A DNA stretch of 64,000 nt from Bigelowiella natans CCMP2755. Lineage: Eukaryota; Protista; Cercozoa. The stretch is taken from the NCBI GenBank assembly GCA_000320545.1, contig ADNK01000427.1, positions 62,001-126,000 on the forward strand. The letters run 5' to 3'. Of the stretch, positions 14,716-30,181 are shown in pieces; the first letter of the stretch is position 1; each line of letters starts with the position of its first letter. The notes beneath the pieces were generated by a model. The model saw only the letters and a list, made by a program, of their open reading frames with translations. It had not been told where the DNA came from and searched no databases. The position numbers were made by a program, and so were the translations under genes.

Positions 14716-15510
14716 AAATAGTTGATTCAAGTGCTGCCGCAACAAATCGTGTTGTTGGTTTCTCCATCGATCCTTTTCCTTCACAAGAACAAACGAAGAC
14801 TAAAGACAAAAAGAAGCAGAATCTATCTCATGATGATAATGATGATGAAAATAATAATAATATTTGGGGGGGGAAGTGGGATGAGATTCGTGGCAGCAGT
14901 AGCAATAGTAGTATCGTCGGAATACAGCAGCAAGAGAATTATGACGACTACTCTACAGAAGATGATGAAGATGAAGAAGAAGACGAGGACGACGATTTAG
15001 CACCAATCAAAGGTCAATATGTCATCCACACTTATGATATCTAACTGGAACCCCCCCCCCCCCCCTGGATATCAACACCAACCATGCTTCTTTGTATGAT
15101 ATGCGCGGACGTGTTGTTCTTGAAGATCAGGAGAAGGGTTTATCAAAAACACGATTAGAATGCAGTATGTTAGATTTGTAATTGGGACAAATAGTATCTT
15201 CTGATTATCATACTCAAATGGAGAAAACTACCATCGAAAATAATAAATTGTGTTTTTGTGTGTTTCCCACGTATTATCGTCATCATCTTCATCAGAGACA
15301 CTCGATGACAATCAGTCCGACCTACGAGAAGTGCAGCCTACAAAGTAAACATATCCCACTTAGCAACCTTATCGTCAAGGAACTTTGTTTGATACTTGCT
15401 TCTTAAGTTGTTCCTTCGTGACCATTCGTCTAGGCTTTTGCGTGATGCTCTGGATTATCTGCGCAACACCAAATCGCAACCCCACATGGAGGTGTGAGTG
15501 CGTGTATATG

Positions 15511-15549
<39 letters not shown>

Positions 15550-16656
15550 TATATATGTGTGTGTGTGTGTGTGTTCGTCGTGTCTTTGAACGAGTGGATG
15601 GGTTGATGATGCTTCTCAGAAGAAGAAGAAGAAGAAGAAGAAGATGGTGATGATTACTGAGTAGATACTACTTTTGTTCCATGCAACATTGTTGTGTACC
15701 CCAGGCCGGCGTTGAATCATTGCGAGATTGTATTCGCTTAGCCTCAGTTTCCACCCTGCGACTTCATGCTGTCTCTCTCATCAAATCCATAATACACCTA
15801 TGGTAACCCCTCCATCATCATAATTCAATGATATCTATACCTTCATACTTGCGGCGAACTACCCACCCACCCACACCCTATTTTCAGGAGTGTTGAAGTC
15901 TTCGAGAGAGAGAAGTACGATGCGATGGCGTTGGGAGGATTGATTGCTCTTACCAAGAGACAGTAAGAGAGAAAAATAGGAATATGAGAGAATAGATTAA
16001 ACTCTTTCTTTTCGTTCAAAAACTAGAAAGGTTCTGGTATCATCAGCATAATACTAATATTAACAATGATAATATTAATTTAATAATCATAATACCCATC
16101 ACTCAGGCCTGAAATTTGCGTTGGTGTTCTCCAAAGAGTTGTCTTCAATTCCGAGCACAACCTATCTCAACGTTCGTTGCAAATCACACCATTAAGAAGA
16201 AGAACAGCATCATCAATGATGGAAAACAAAGGGGGGGGGGGGGGGGGGGGGGGGGGGAAACCGTGGGTGTGTGTGTGTGTGTGTAAGTCTAGTATTCTTG
16301 CAAACGTCGGTCAATGCCCCTGATGACTCACCATACCTGCAAAAAAAAATGCAAAATGTATTCCCTCCTTCCTAAAAAAACATACATTATGTTTTATATT
16401 TAAATGCTGCTGCTGCAGGTATATTAGCTTTGCAGGTTATTCAAACAACAGCTAGAGAGCTGAGTGAAATTCCTCTCAAGACAGTTGGCGATGACGTGCG
16501 TAGGAAGAAGATCGTCAGTCGAGGTTAACAAGTACTGTTTTCCTTCCTGGCCCTATGATTGTTACTCCTACAGCAGTTGTTCTTCGAGGAGTAGTAGTAG
16601 TACTAGTAGTAGCATAAATTCAAACTGCTCTAGATTGGCAGCTGCTGCTGCTGCCG

Positions 16657-16689
<33 letters not shown>

Positions 16690-18097
16690 TTACTATTACC
16701 ACTAAGGATTCTTTATTGCTGTGACAAACACTACAGATTCTTCAAGAGTAGTGACAACGGTGAACGCACTACCAACTGCAGCAAAAAGTGATTTTAAAAA
16801 CGCCGCGAAGAATGACGCTCAAAGGAAACGTTGGCAGGTTTTTGCTTACGAAATAGCGACATCTTGCAAAGCTTTAATATATGTGCGGCAGATATTGGAT
16901 ATAGAACGAGTGTAAGAACAATAGCTGTGATTGAGATATTCTAATAAAAAAATACAGGTCATTCGTGAACGTGTTGAAGCCCGAACTCGTAGATGGGGAT
17001 CGACGGCAGCAGCAGCAGCAGCAGCTAAATCATCGTCTCGAGAGAAGATGATGATCACAGTAAACAGGTTATGATGGCGTGTTATTTTAACGAAATAGTA
17101 GTAACACATATGTTGTGAATCTCTTCATTGTCGTTGTCCTTATATGCAAGCGGCTTCTTAATTCTTAAAGAGAGTTGTTAGAAACTCACTACTCTTTCAC
17201 AATATGGGGGATTTATTCTTCTTTTCCAGATTCAGTGGTAAATTGGGTGGGTTGTTCTTTTTCCCAATCTTGACCTACACCCTCAATATGGCCTCCCGGA
17301 ATGAATCGATGACGACGATGATGATGACATCACAAAAGCTAAATGTTCTTGGTATTTCATATGCCTCCCACCCCTCACCCTCATCAACAGTATACAACAG
17401 ATTCGGAAACTAAATCACTTGCACACACATACACACACACAGAGAGAGAGGGGGGGGGGGGGGAGGAGGGATGATAGACGTCGCGCTCTTCGTCATTATA
17501 GTCCATCAAAAATTAATATATTGCATGCCTCCGTGTGTAAGTGTGTGTGTAATTATGCCCAGGAAACAACCAAGACGAGGCAAAGTTTCCACCAGAAAGT
17601 GGTATTACTATTACTGAAATCAGACAAGAAGTGTATTGCATTCAAATGCGCTCATCATGCTCAGACCTATTCTTCCATGCCTCCTCCTCCTCCTTCTCCT
17701 CCTCCTTTTGTGTCTTTATCATCTTCTGTGCTGTAACGATGATGATGATGATGATGATGATGGTGAGGATGATGATGATGATGATGGAGCGCGATATGTG
17801 ATAATTGATGTTCAAAGTTGGAGTTCAGGACAGAATCATTCTGGTAAATCTGATCCAAACGCTCAGCTTACTGGTAAGAATTGCTGTACGAAATATGTTG
17901 TAGTTATGCAGTAGTAGTAGTAGTTATTGTTGTTGTAGTTGTAGTTGGAATGTGTTGTGTGAACTATGCGGGAGGAATACTGGCGGAGTAATTCTTGCCA
18001 CTTATTCACTTTTTTCCCTTGAATTCTGCTGTTATTCAGGTTTGCTCTTCAGGAAGATCATCAACAGGTTGAAAACATTTTCTTCTTCGAAAAGGAG

Positions 18098-18147
<50 letters not shown>

Positions 18148-19051
18148 AATTGAAACTCTTTTTGGTACTCTTTTAGGCACTTTGGACATGTGCAAAGGTG
18201 GTCTCATGGTCTCATATATAGAATAATCGAGATTTCTGAATTTCGCATTAAATAATAACAGGACTTTTCGAGTTACTGCTGACAACACGATTCCATAATA
18301 CCAACGAGGTAATCAATGAGCAACGTTGTGTGTTGTGTCTACAAGCTACGATGTCGCTGAAACTACATTATGATTATGATGCTTTAGATTCGAAGAGAAA
18401 GTCTTAAGGCCCTAGGACGTATCTTCGACTCTGTCTCAGAAACTCAAATACGATATGTATGGCGCGTTCATGGAAGATTTTGGAGGGGGGGGGGGGGATA
18501 TAAATAATGATAACGATGACGACAACGACGACGACGATGATGATGATGATGATGATGATTTGATACATGTCGTGATGTTCGTTGACGTTCGAATGTAAAT
18601 GGATCTGGCTTCTGCAGTGCGTTTTATGAGCATTTCACTTGTACTGTGCACCACTGTGGAATGATGGTGACATTCGAAAGGCGTTGCGCGAAGAGTTGGA
18701 AGAATCAGTGGAATGGATTTTAATCACTAGCAAGGTAGAAGAATACTTTTGAAGCCGCCTATCTTTGATGAGATATTATTTTTACAATTTTCCTAATTGC
18801 AGATGGATCCGGACGATGTCTCTCGTTCTCTAGCAGCGGCTATCGCCTCAAATCTTCTGAAGGTGACAGCAATTGTAGTGAATACAAACTTGTATTAATT
18901 GTTGTACACAAATACATAATTCCAACAAAGATTTCGGACAAAAGACGCTTGTTGTGAATATGCCAGTATGAAGCGCACTCTTGGTTCAAAAGTTGATGAC
19001 TCGAAAATGAATGTGTGTGTGCAGAATCATCGAACACAGCAACCCTTTTGA
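10267..19051 (+). CDS. TELO2: Telomere length regulation protein TEL2/TELO2 (TTT co-chaperone), many exons; boundaries approximate
   Basis: Exon fragments MLMQGVQHRMDS / TRREAMEIAEEFS, DEEDPD, acidic DDDLAP, LLRDALDYL, HNLSQR-ILALQVIQTTARELSE, ARTRRWG, GLFFFPIL and EELEESVEWI..MDPDDVSRSLA match Tel2 family motifs in the correct order. Confidence 0.75.
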
Positions 19052-19593
19052 GGATCGTCAACAAGATGGCCATTTGATGATTCTCACAGACAACTCCTGT
19101 AAGACTTCATCAATCTAAATTTCAGATAATTTGACAGAACAGTGCCCAAGCACTCCTTTCTTGTCGACGTGCACTCATGCATGCGTGATGGCGCTACATC
19201 TTTGTAATGAAACACAGCTTTATTTTAGTGGCGAATTGTATCAGCTGCGTACGGTGCCTCTTTGCGTAGATGTACATGTGTGCTGCGTGATCTTCGACAT
19301 GCTGATTCAATCACCCATAGCGCAAAGCTATCTAGCTATGTTCGTTCGCTTTGCCTAAATTGCAATTTAATCGTGATGTTCAAGTCCGTTTTTGGCTGCT
19401 AGGCGTTGATAATAGCCTCCGATCCAGCATGTCAGTTGCACATAGCAGCACGCAGGTTTAACCCTGACATGCAATTTTTGTGTGCGGTAAAAGATAGAGT
19501 ATTCGAACGGGTATACACCAAACATGTGCCTCAAGACGAAATTTTTATATCTATCAACTAAAATGTCGTAGGATTTTATCCGCCGCGCCATAT

Positions 19594-20520
19594 TTATATA
19601 TCAAAACCATTATTACAAATTGGTGAATTCGCTGACGTTCTCCGCATCATGCTATCGTGCTGTCCTTTGGCCTCTGCCTTTGGAGCATCCACACGAATGA
19701 CCATCCTACCACCGCTCTTACTTAATTTTTTCGGGTCCATCGTGAAATCCACAGGCTTCTTGTAACTGAGTTAATTCACGTATAGCATGACGACAGGTGA
19801 ACTATCTAAATCAATCAAATGGGTGATTGCAATATGGCTGTATGCTCACGGTGAGTACCAAAAACAAGCTAGCAAATGAGCAGACTCACATAGGAAGGTC
19901 GTGATGCAAAGCTCCTGCAAGAGAACCGAACGAGGCAAAAGCAAAACCAATTTCACTTGCCCTCAACGATCCAGATTTCGCCTTAAAATGCTTCAGCTGC
20001 ACAAAGAGAAACCGCTCCTCTTCTTCGGAATTTGCTGGTGTTCTGCGAAACCAGATTTCTCATGCTAAGATTCTGTGTAATTGTAAATCAATTATGGAGA
20101 GTACTCACGATCCGCACATCACGTGAACAGGATAGCTCAAATCTCCAGGTTTTGATCTTGCTGATCTTCCTAGAATGTGTCCCTTATAACATACCCAATA
20201 GATTTACCGTTAGCAATCAAGAACACATTGATGGGAAAAGTGTTTGGTGACCGTATTATCGACGACTGTGAATACAACAAATGGCTCTCCAGCACGGGAA
20301 GGCGAAGATCCAATTTGAGCAATATTATTGGGAGAAAGAGATACAGCCTTTGGATTCTTGCTTGAAGAAAACGATAGCTGGCCACAAATCATTAAAGGTG
20401 TATGTTATGGATATGCGTACTACTGGTATTGGATACGAAACATTGTGTTGTGATTTCTTTTTAAATTAGGCATATTTGTGCTCAGAATATCCTGTCGTTG
20501 CCAATAGTGCTCATGAATCA

Positions 20521-20582
<62 letters not shown>

Positions 20583-22266
20583 ATACATATTTGTGGCACA
20601 GATTTCAAGGCCTGTTCGCATACCTTTTTCGACTTCACTGACACGAGTGAAATGGTCCAAGATCTGATACCGGAGAACTGTGGAAACTTTACGTTTGAAA
20701 AGTAAGAGCAGTTTAAAATTTAAGAATTACACGCAATATGGGTATTATGGTCATACCCTTTGCGCAGGATCAAAAGTAACCACACTCCATTGATATACAT
20801 CCGCAATGAGATGCAGAGCAGCCTCTAGATCGTCGTCTTGGCGTTTGGAGTGATATTCCTTTGATTCCAACGCTGTCGTCCCGGAGGCTTTTCTTTCATA
20901 GCCTTGAGATGATTGAAAGAGGTTGGAATCGGAGCGCAGTGCGAGCTCTTTCTTAACTTCGTTTAGCTCAGAACGCAATCCAGCCACCTATTATCACATT
21001 TATTTTGTGTCGGGTGTGTTCTTGGAGTCGGGTGGTGACAGATAGTGACAGATGGGCAAGACCTCAGCTCTTGCTTGAGCAATAATTTCTTGCTTCTCCC
21101 TCAACCATTCGCTTGCACGCCGGCTGTGGATAGTAGATGCGCCCGAAGAACGTGGACTTGAGGGTTCGAATATAGGTTCGGCAAGATGCGCAGAAAGGTA
21201 TGCTTCGCCAAATGGCAACTTGACGCAGCACATAGTGCCGTCATAATCTTTTAACTCCCTAATTGACACGCACACACATAGCGCCGTGATAACTTATCAA
21301 CTACCCCATTGCATTTAACATATTGTTACCAGCTCCTGCAATTGTTCATTGGATGTTTATTATTAACATATTGACTACCCAACTCCATATGGAGTAGCAA
21401 CTTTGCATGTTTTAAGCTTGTTCTCTAGAAGATATGCAATCCCGAAATCCAAAGCCACCTCCCGCATTGAGGAATCACCCGGGTATGATACTTTCATCTG
21501 CCTGAGCGAAAAGATTGCATATCTTAAAAACACTTGCCATTAGTTGACAACCATTGTAAAGACCCTGGTCCATATGGAGTGACGACATCCACTAAAGCCT
21601 CCTTTACAACTGAGTGCGTAATTTTTCCACGCTCTAAAACATAAAACTTTTCATTCCCATTGAAAGATCATCGCTTTGAACCACCTTGATCCTCAGTTGC
21701 ATCACAATTCTTGCAATTAACGAGTCCCATTCTTCAGGCTCCAAATATCTTTTCTTTTGGTTTCGGATGATTCGGGTGACGACTACGGAACAACCAGGAT
21801 CGAGCAACGATACAGTGGCTGGTGCTGTTCAAGGCGGAGTTGGTGCACATTGTGCAATACACGAGGTGGACATGCAATTGGCGACGTAAATCGAAATGCA
21901 GGTAAATCCTATACTGCGACAACATATGACATCCACAAATTAAAAACCCTGCCTCGATTTCTTGAGCAAAGCAAGGGAAACTCGGATTTTTTCGCAGAAA
22001 TCCATAGAAATAGCAAATTCCCCTCATTGCTGGACAAGCGACAACTTCACTGAAATCAGGAGATTCTCTGGAGCCTAAGAGAACAATGTTTGGGCAATAT
22101 TAAGATATTTCTGCATCTTAGGAAAAATTAGAAAGTGGAAAATAGGGTTGATTAACCTCTCTTCTAAACATATCATATTCTTAATATCAAAAATAGGAAG
22201 GCGATAAGGTCTGTGGCGTACACCTTCAAAATCGTAATAATCGTGCAATAATTCTAAAGGAATCAT
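19594..22266 (-). CDS. Multi-exon protein with two V-x-TPYG repeats, a coiled coil and a C-terminal Aida-type C2 domain (5' end uncertain)
   Basis: Exons give VVTPYGPG..VALDFGIAYL and VATPYGVG..VKLPFGEAYL, coiled coil LRSELNEVKKEL, then GEPFVVFTVVD, FLFVQLKHFKAK and YKKPVDF, resembling the AIDA C2 domain motifs (FEFKHYK, LYKKPTDF). Confidence 0.6.
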
Positions 22267-22338
22267 TCCTCATTTTCTCGACCTCCTACCTTGATCTTTT
22301 CTTGAAAGAAAGCGTGGAAACGACGCATCGAGTGAGAA

Positions 22339-23128
22339 ATGGCAGGAGCATACACAACATTCGATGTGAACAGCAACAAAATTGAGATCGATGATAACGA
22401 CGCAAGAGACTTCTGGCTGAAAAATTTTCAAGAGGTGAGTGACAAAGAGATTTTATCTGCAGACAACGTTGCCTCATCCAAAGTTATTGGCAGAACTCTA
22501 CGATTTCAACGCAAACATTCGCTGAAGCAATGCTGAAACGATATCTAAACGCTAACAAAAAAGTGGTCAATGTCCTCTGCAAGCATATCATTTGCTGTTC
22601 AGGTGATTTAATTATTGTAGCGCGTACCACTACGCGGGCACAAGTCACGTGCGACAACAAAGGGGTTGTCGCGGATATAGAATATAGATAACGTAGATAT
22701 TAATACAGCATAGGCACGTGGGTTCCGGCGGGACTCATGGCAGCACACCGGAAGTGTGCTGCCCCACGTGCGGCGGCATTCGCGAAAGCTTCGCGAATGA
22801 TTACGCAGTGCACGATTTAATAAAAATATAATCTTTAATAAAAATAAACACAACTCTTCAAAAGGAAGCAAACGTGCCTTTCCCCCCCCCTGCCTACTTG
22901 TGCACGTAGCGCCTCGGCCTGTGAACACCTTACGCGCAACATTATTGCAAAATTGGAGAAATAGGCATTCTTATTCCTTAATCTTCAGGAGATGGCAACA
23001 AAAAAGATGTTTCCTCCCAAGAGTTTGACAAGTTTGTGAGAAGATTCGGGCCGTTCGAAAATTGCATTGAAAATGTATTCAACAGAATATACAAAACATT
23101 CTTTAAAATTAAAATCTTTAAGTGCGCT

Positions 23129-23177
<49 letters not shown>

Positions 23178-23178
23178 A

Positions 23179-23238
<60 letters not shown>

Positions 23239-23927
23239 CGTTTCTTTATATGTCATGTGTATCTATTTTAAAATATCTATCTATCTATACATACATACAT
23301 ATATACATATAATGAATAATACATGAAGAATTCAAAAGCATGTTTAACTTCTTTTTTGAATTTAGGCCCAGAAGGTATTTTTCGATGCTATACCTCTGAA
23401 GAATGGGGAGACAGAGTATCAACTTGTGCGTTGGTATCACGGCTACCTTGAAGATTGCAAGAAAACAATTTTGGAGAATCCTGATAAATATTTAGTGAGA
23501 GAACCTATGGAAAAAGAGGTACCTACCACAATAAAAGAAACTTTCGGGCCTTGCTAATCTAATCTTAAAACAGAGATGGCATCTGCTCACTGTTGAGTAC
23601 TCGAAATCCTTCATGAAGGATGGCAAGAAATTGTTGTCACGCAACAAGAAGCACTTGATGATAAAAAGGAAAAGTGGAAAGTAATGATAAAATGTTGTTT
23701 GAAAAAGTTGTATTGCTGAGAGTTACATTGATTGCAGGGAAATCCTCTATGTTTGGAACACGAAAAAAATTAACCCGAAGACCGGTCAACCAGTGAAGAA
23801 TGGGCATCCAGACATTAAAGTTGCTTTGGGAGAAATGACGAGCAAGAGAGAACCAATCAATTCGCTTATGTGGCATGCAGTTGAAAACCAGAGTTTGTAT
23901 CAAGCTGCATCCTACGAATATGACTAA
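22339..23927 (+). CDS. Stand-alone EF-hand-like + SH2 domain protein (Cbl-TKB / Dictyostelium SHK-type module)
   Basis: Spliced product DARDFWLKNF..TISTQTF..VSSQEFDKFVRRFGPF, then VRWYHGYL..KYLVRE (SH2 WYHG/FLVRES-like), ending LYQAASYEYD*. Intron 2 carries the solo LTR. Confidence 0.7.
22616..22941 (+). mobile_element. Solo LTR (326 bp) of the same family as the element at 32760-38475, inside an intron, with TTAT target-site duplication
   Basis: TGTAGCGCGTA...TACGCGCAACA termini. Reverse complement of the two LTRs at 32760 and 38150 (same translation in the ORF track). TTAT at 22612-22615 and 22942-22945. Confidence 0.95.
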
Positions 23928-25215
23928 GACCTAACAATTTTAGTTATGCTAAAAATTCAGAATTGATGATTTGTTTTGTTTGATCACATGACATCATCGA
24001 TATTTCACAAAATTTGCACAGCTTTCCAGACGACGAAATCATCGTGTTTTTGAGATGTCTATCGATGTATGGAATGATATATATTTCCTGCATTATCTTT
24101 GCTGCATCATGTACAGCACATGTTTAATTATAGCCATATCTAAATATGAAGATGCATGCATGGTGCTGTATATCTAGATATTGTGGCGTCATTGCTAATA
24201 TAACAAATGTTAAATAAAAAATCGAATCGAAGCTGAACACGATCATCGTTGCTTACTGAACCGCCGGTAATTCATTGCGCTCCATTCTAGCATTACACAT
24301 CCTAGCATCGCTACCTTGCTCCGTTTTTTGCATGCATTACATCTCTAAATCTAGATGATTTAAGATTGCGCCCAGCAATCCTGCTAAAAATCTAGGAATC
24401 TCTAGATCTAACAATGCGGTTGAATGACCACCACATGCTACCAATCGCATCGATCGTCTGGAACCAGGGAACACGATATAAATCCGTCGTCTAGACGTGT
24501 ACGTCACAGATAGAATGCCGCGCAGTCTATACTACTAGACTAGTATAGTGGTACGTGACATGAGATGCTCTATTTTGTAGCATTGTGCATTGCAGCTGCG
24601 CAGCATGGGCCAGATGGACACTCTAGCACTGTTAGCTAGACCACAGATATACATGTACGTCTATGCGTGTGCGCCACAGAATGCCGCGTGGTGTCCAGAT
24701 ACACACATCTAGACATGTCTGTGGTACGCGTGTACGCGTAAACATGCACACATGTTACCATGCCTTATCTAGTTATCATGTGTGTGTTTGTATAACACAA
24801 TGTATGCACATATGATCTTTCATTTTCACATATGCACCATGTACTACGATACTTATGTGCTTGAAAATGTACACGTACCAGGCATATGTCTGTGGTGGTC
24901 GGACAGCGTATCCAGCTGTGGCCGATCGAATGCTGCATGTAGCATGAATGAAGTAGCAATGTACCTGCTGCACTAGCTAGCTAGCACACGCTAGCATGCA
25001 ATGAGGCATATTATTGCCACAGAAATTAATCCAATGATTTGCGGTCTCGCTCATGTCTAACGAACGAACTTACCACAAAGAACCGTAAAAGCACATGTCA
25101 AGCTAGCTACATGGCCATAATGTGACTAGAGACAGAGAATAATCATCTTTTTATATTTTGTAGTTTCATCGCTCCACAATAGCAAGATAATATATGTCTG
25201 TATCATATGACAAAC

Positions 25216-26266
25216 TTAAGCGTTGGTCGGCGCATTCAAAGACTCCTCTGGGAAAAGCTCGAACGATACAGACTCAGAACCCAATGAAGTGTAATCAGAG
25301 TCTGTCGTTGATCCGGAACCACGTGCCTAATCCAGAAATAAACGCATCACACAACAGCGATATATATGATTTTATGTTGCAAAGACCTTTGCTTCTGCCC
25401 TTTTCCTGATTTCTTCTAGTCTTTCCTTTCGCTGTTCTTTGTACTTTGTGTCTAGAGCATGGAGGACGTTCAGAGCTTCTCTCTGAAAGGTCTCATGATA
25501 TCTTCTTGACTCCATTCTCTTTCGTGCTGTCTCATCATCAACTGTGTGAAGATGGGGTAAATGAAGGAACGTTAAAGAGTAAGAATGCTATAATATGATT
25601 CAAAATTCCGACGAAAATCAAATTGCTCTGGGCTACCTTTTCGTTTTCGCTTAGCTCTTTTGGGCGCATCCACGTTATGGGGTTCTCCGCCTGCCACATC
25701 TCGAGGAAACAGCTTTGAACCATCTCGAAGAGGATTTTTCCTTTTCAATGCACGAGCAACACGATCCTTCACGTGTTTCTCATCATCATTCACTACTTGA
25801 CGGTCAAAGGTTTTATCCCGATGTTGCTTTGCTGGTGTCAGTGGGTCCATATTTGCTGGTGTCAGTGTTCCTGCTCATCAGTATCTTGTTTCAGCGATCA
25901 AGGAAACTTACGTCTTCCCTTTCTTCCAAGGGAATCTTTGCTATAAATGAAATGTTGACGCTAGCTAACATTAAAACTTTAGAGGAGCGTACCCTTACTT
26001 CCAGAAGAAGTGTTTTCAGCATTCTTCAAGAAATTCCACCGTTTCCTAAGTCGCTTAGATTCCTGATATTATCTTCACTTCAAGATCCCACCCGCTTTTA
26101 GAATGGTATTGTGTTTACTTTGTAAGATTTCTTTCCTTTCTTCAGTTGATAGTTTCCTTTTCTCAAAAAATCCACTGATGTACTCAGCACTAGCAGGGCA
26201 ACCAACCATGCAATTGCGCCCGCGCCCGAAGACGGATGAAGGAGATTTTTTAGATTTAGCATTCAC
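25216..26266 (-). CDS. Hypothetical basic/charged protein, multi-exon
   Basis: Several GT-AG-bounded segments with coherent K/R/E-rich translation (…PKRAKRKRK / VDDETARKRMESRRYHETFQRE… / …EESLNAPTNA*). No recognised domain. Confidence 0.45.
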
Positions 26267-26884
26267 AGCATATTACGCACCACACACTCGGAGCCCTCAA
26301 AGGAGTGCAATCATGCAGCACCGCACCGCTCCGCTCCCTACACAAGGCTTCCGAACGCACCCCCTCACGTGAACTCGCCGCGAGGAGTGGCCACAGTGGC
26401 TAAACTTAGTTGACTGCTTCGATAGATCGTGGGTAATATTTAGTCTAATTTTCACTTTTTTTAGGACATAAATACTCGCGAAAAACATCGTAGGTAAAAT
26501 GATGGTGTCGCTTTGGAAATAATACCAAAAATGAAATGAATGGTGAAATGTGGATGTTGTTGTTGATATCATTTTGATGTTCTAATGGTGATTTTAGCTC
26601 CTTTTTTATCATTTTTTTTTTTACGTAATTGGTCATATGTCGTCTGCGTCTTTGCTTTACAACAACTGGCAACACACATGTCGCCACCCTCCATTTATCG
26701 ACACTTCCCTCAGGGAACAATGTTAACGCAAGAGGTGCCCACATCATTATGAATGCGCAATAAGTGTGTCCAATAGACTCACAAATACCTTCCAGTGAGA
26801 GGGTAGACTTTCCAGCCACTTGCGAAGAGATAAATCCAAGCCAACCTATTCCCACATAACTGTGGCAATTCACTGATTCTTCGG

Positions 26885-29227
<2,343 letters not shown>

Positions 29228-30181
29228 ATTTGTTTTCCATCCAGAGTATACATGTTCCGTTTCATTAGATGAGCGCAAAATAGTGCGACCATACTCCATT
29301 TTACTCGATTTATTAGAAGACGAACTTTTGTTGATTAATTTGTATACATGTGCGGCAGTCGTAAGTAATTATGTGTAAAAGTACGCAGTGGACTTCCGAC
29401 TCATCTATCATTGTGCTCGCATTGTGCCCGATGAGAAACATATGTATCAGTTTTTTTAGCTACATGTGTAGTCATGCATTGGGAAGCGCGTGCTTGCTAT
29501 ATAGCTTGCTCCAATGTAAGCATGAAATTATAATGCAGTAGTAGTACAAAAATACAAGAGCAAGGCAGGATGGAGAAGCCAACATGGGTTCAGTTGCACC
29601 CTGATAGAAGGCAATAAAGTTTGCGCTGCATAGGGCACGTACACGTAAAGAAATTGGGAGAAATTACTTGTTATTTATTTTTCTCAACAGCGGTAGCGTC
29701 AAAAGTATCCTAGCCATTTCGCCATTTCCCGCCTACTCAACACGTACTAGCATGTGCTCCGTTTTGAATGCACAATGACAACACGGCTGCGGGTTTCACT
29801 ACGATGTGCAATGTGCATGGCACATGGTGTACACAGCGCAAGTAGTAGCACACAGTTTGCACATGCATGCCTGGATTCACATTGCTATATAGCAACAACA
29901 GCGCATCGTGACATGCTAGCATGCATGTAGTGCACGTGACTGCAATCGCTGCTTGGTTAGCGTGCTACGTGTGCTATCATATAGTAATGTATAGCAACGT
30001 GCCTAAAGCGCATACCAATATAAGAATGCAACTTCGTACGCTATCCCGTACTACAGGCTACGATGAACAAATCACAACGTAGCGTAATATTGCCATGCTT
30101 GCATGCCAAGCTAGCATCTGGAGGGTCCGCTTGGATAGGTATTGTCACTAATTCAACCTGCAAGCTTACTACGATCTACTA

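Noticed and set aside
20032-20469. Plus-strand frame interrupted only by TGA codons (selenoprotein/readthrough candidate)
   Set aside because: Antisense to the Aida-C2 gene exons, with no recognisable homology or SECIS.
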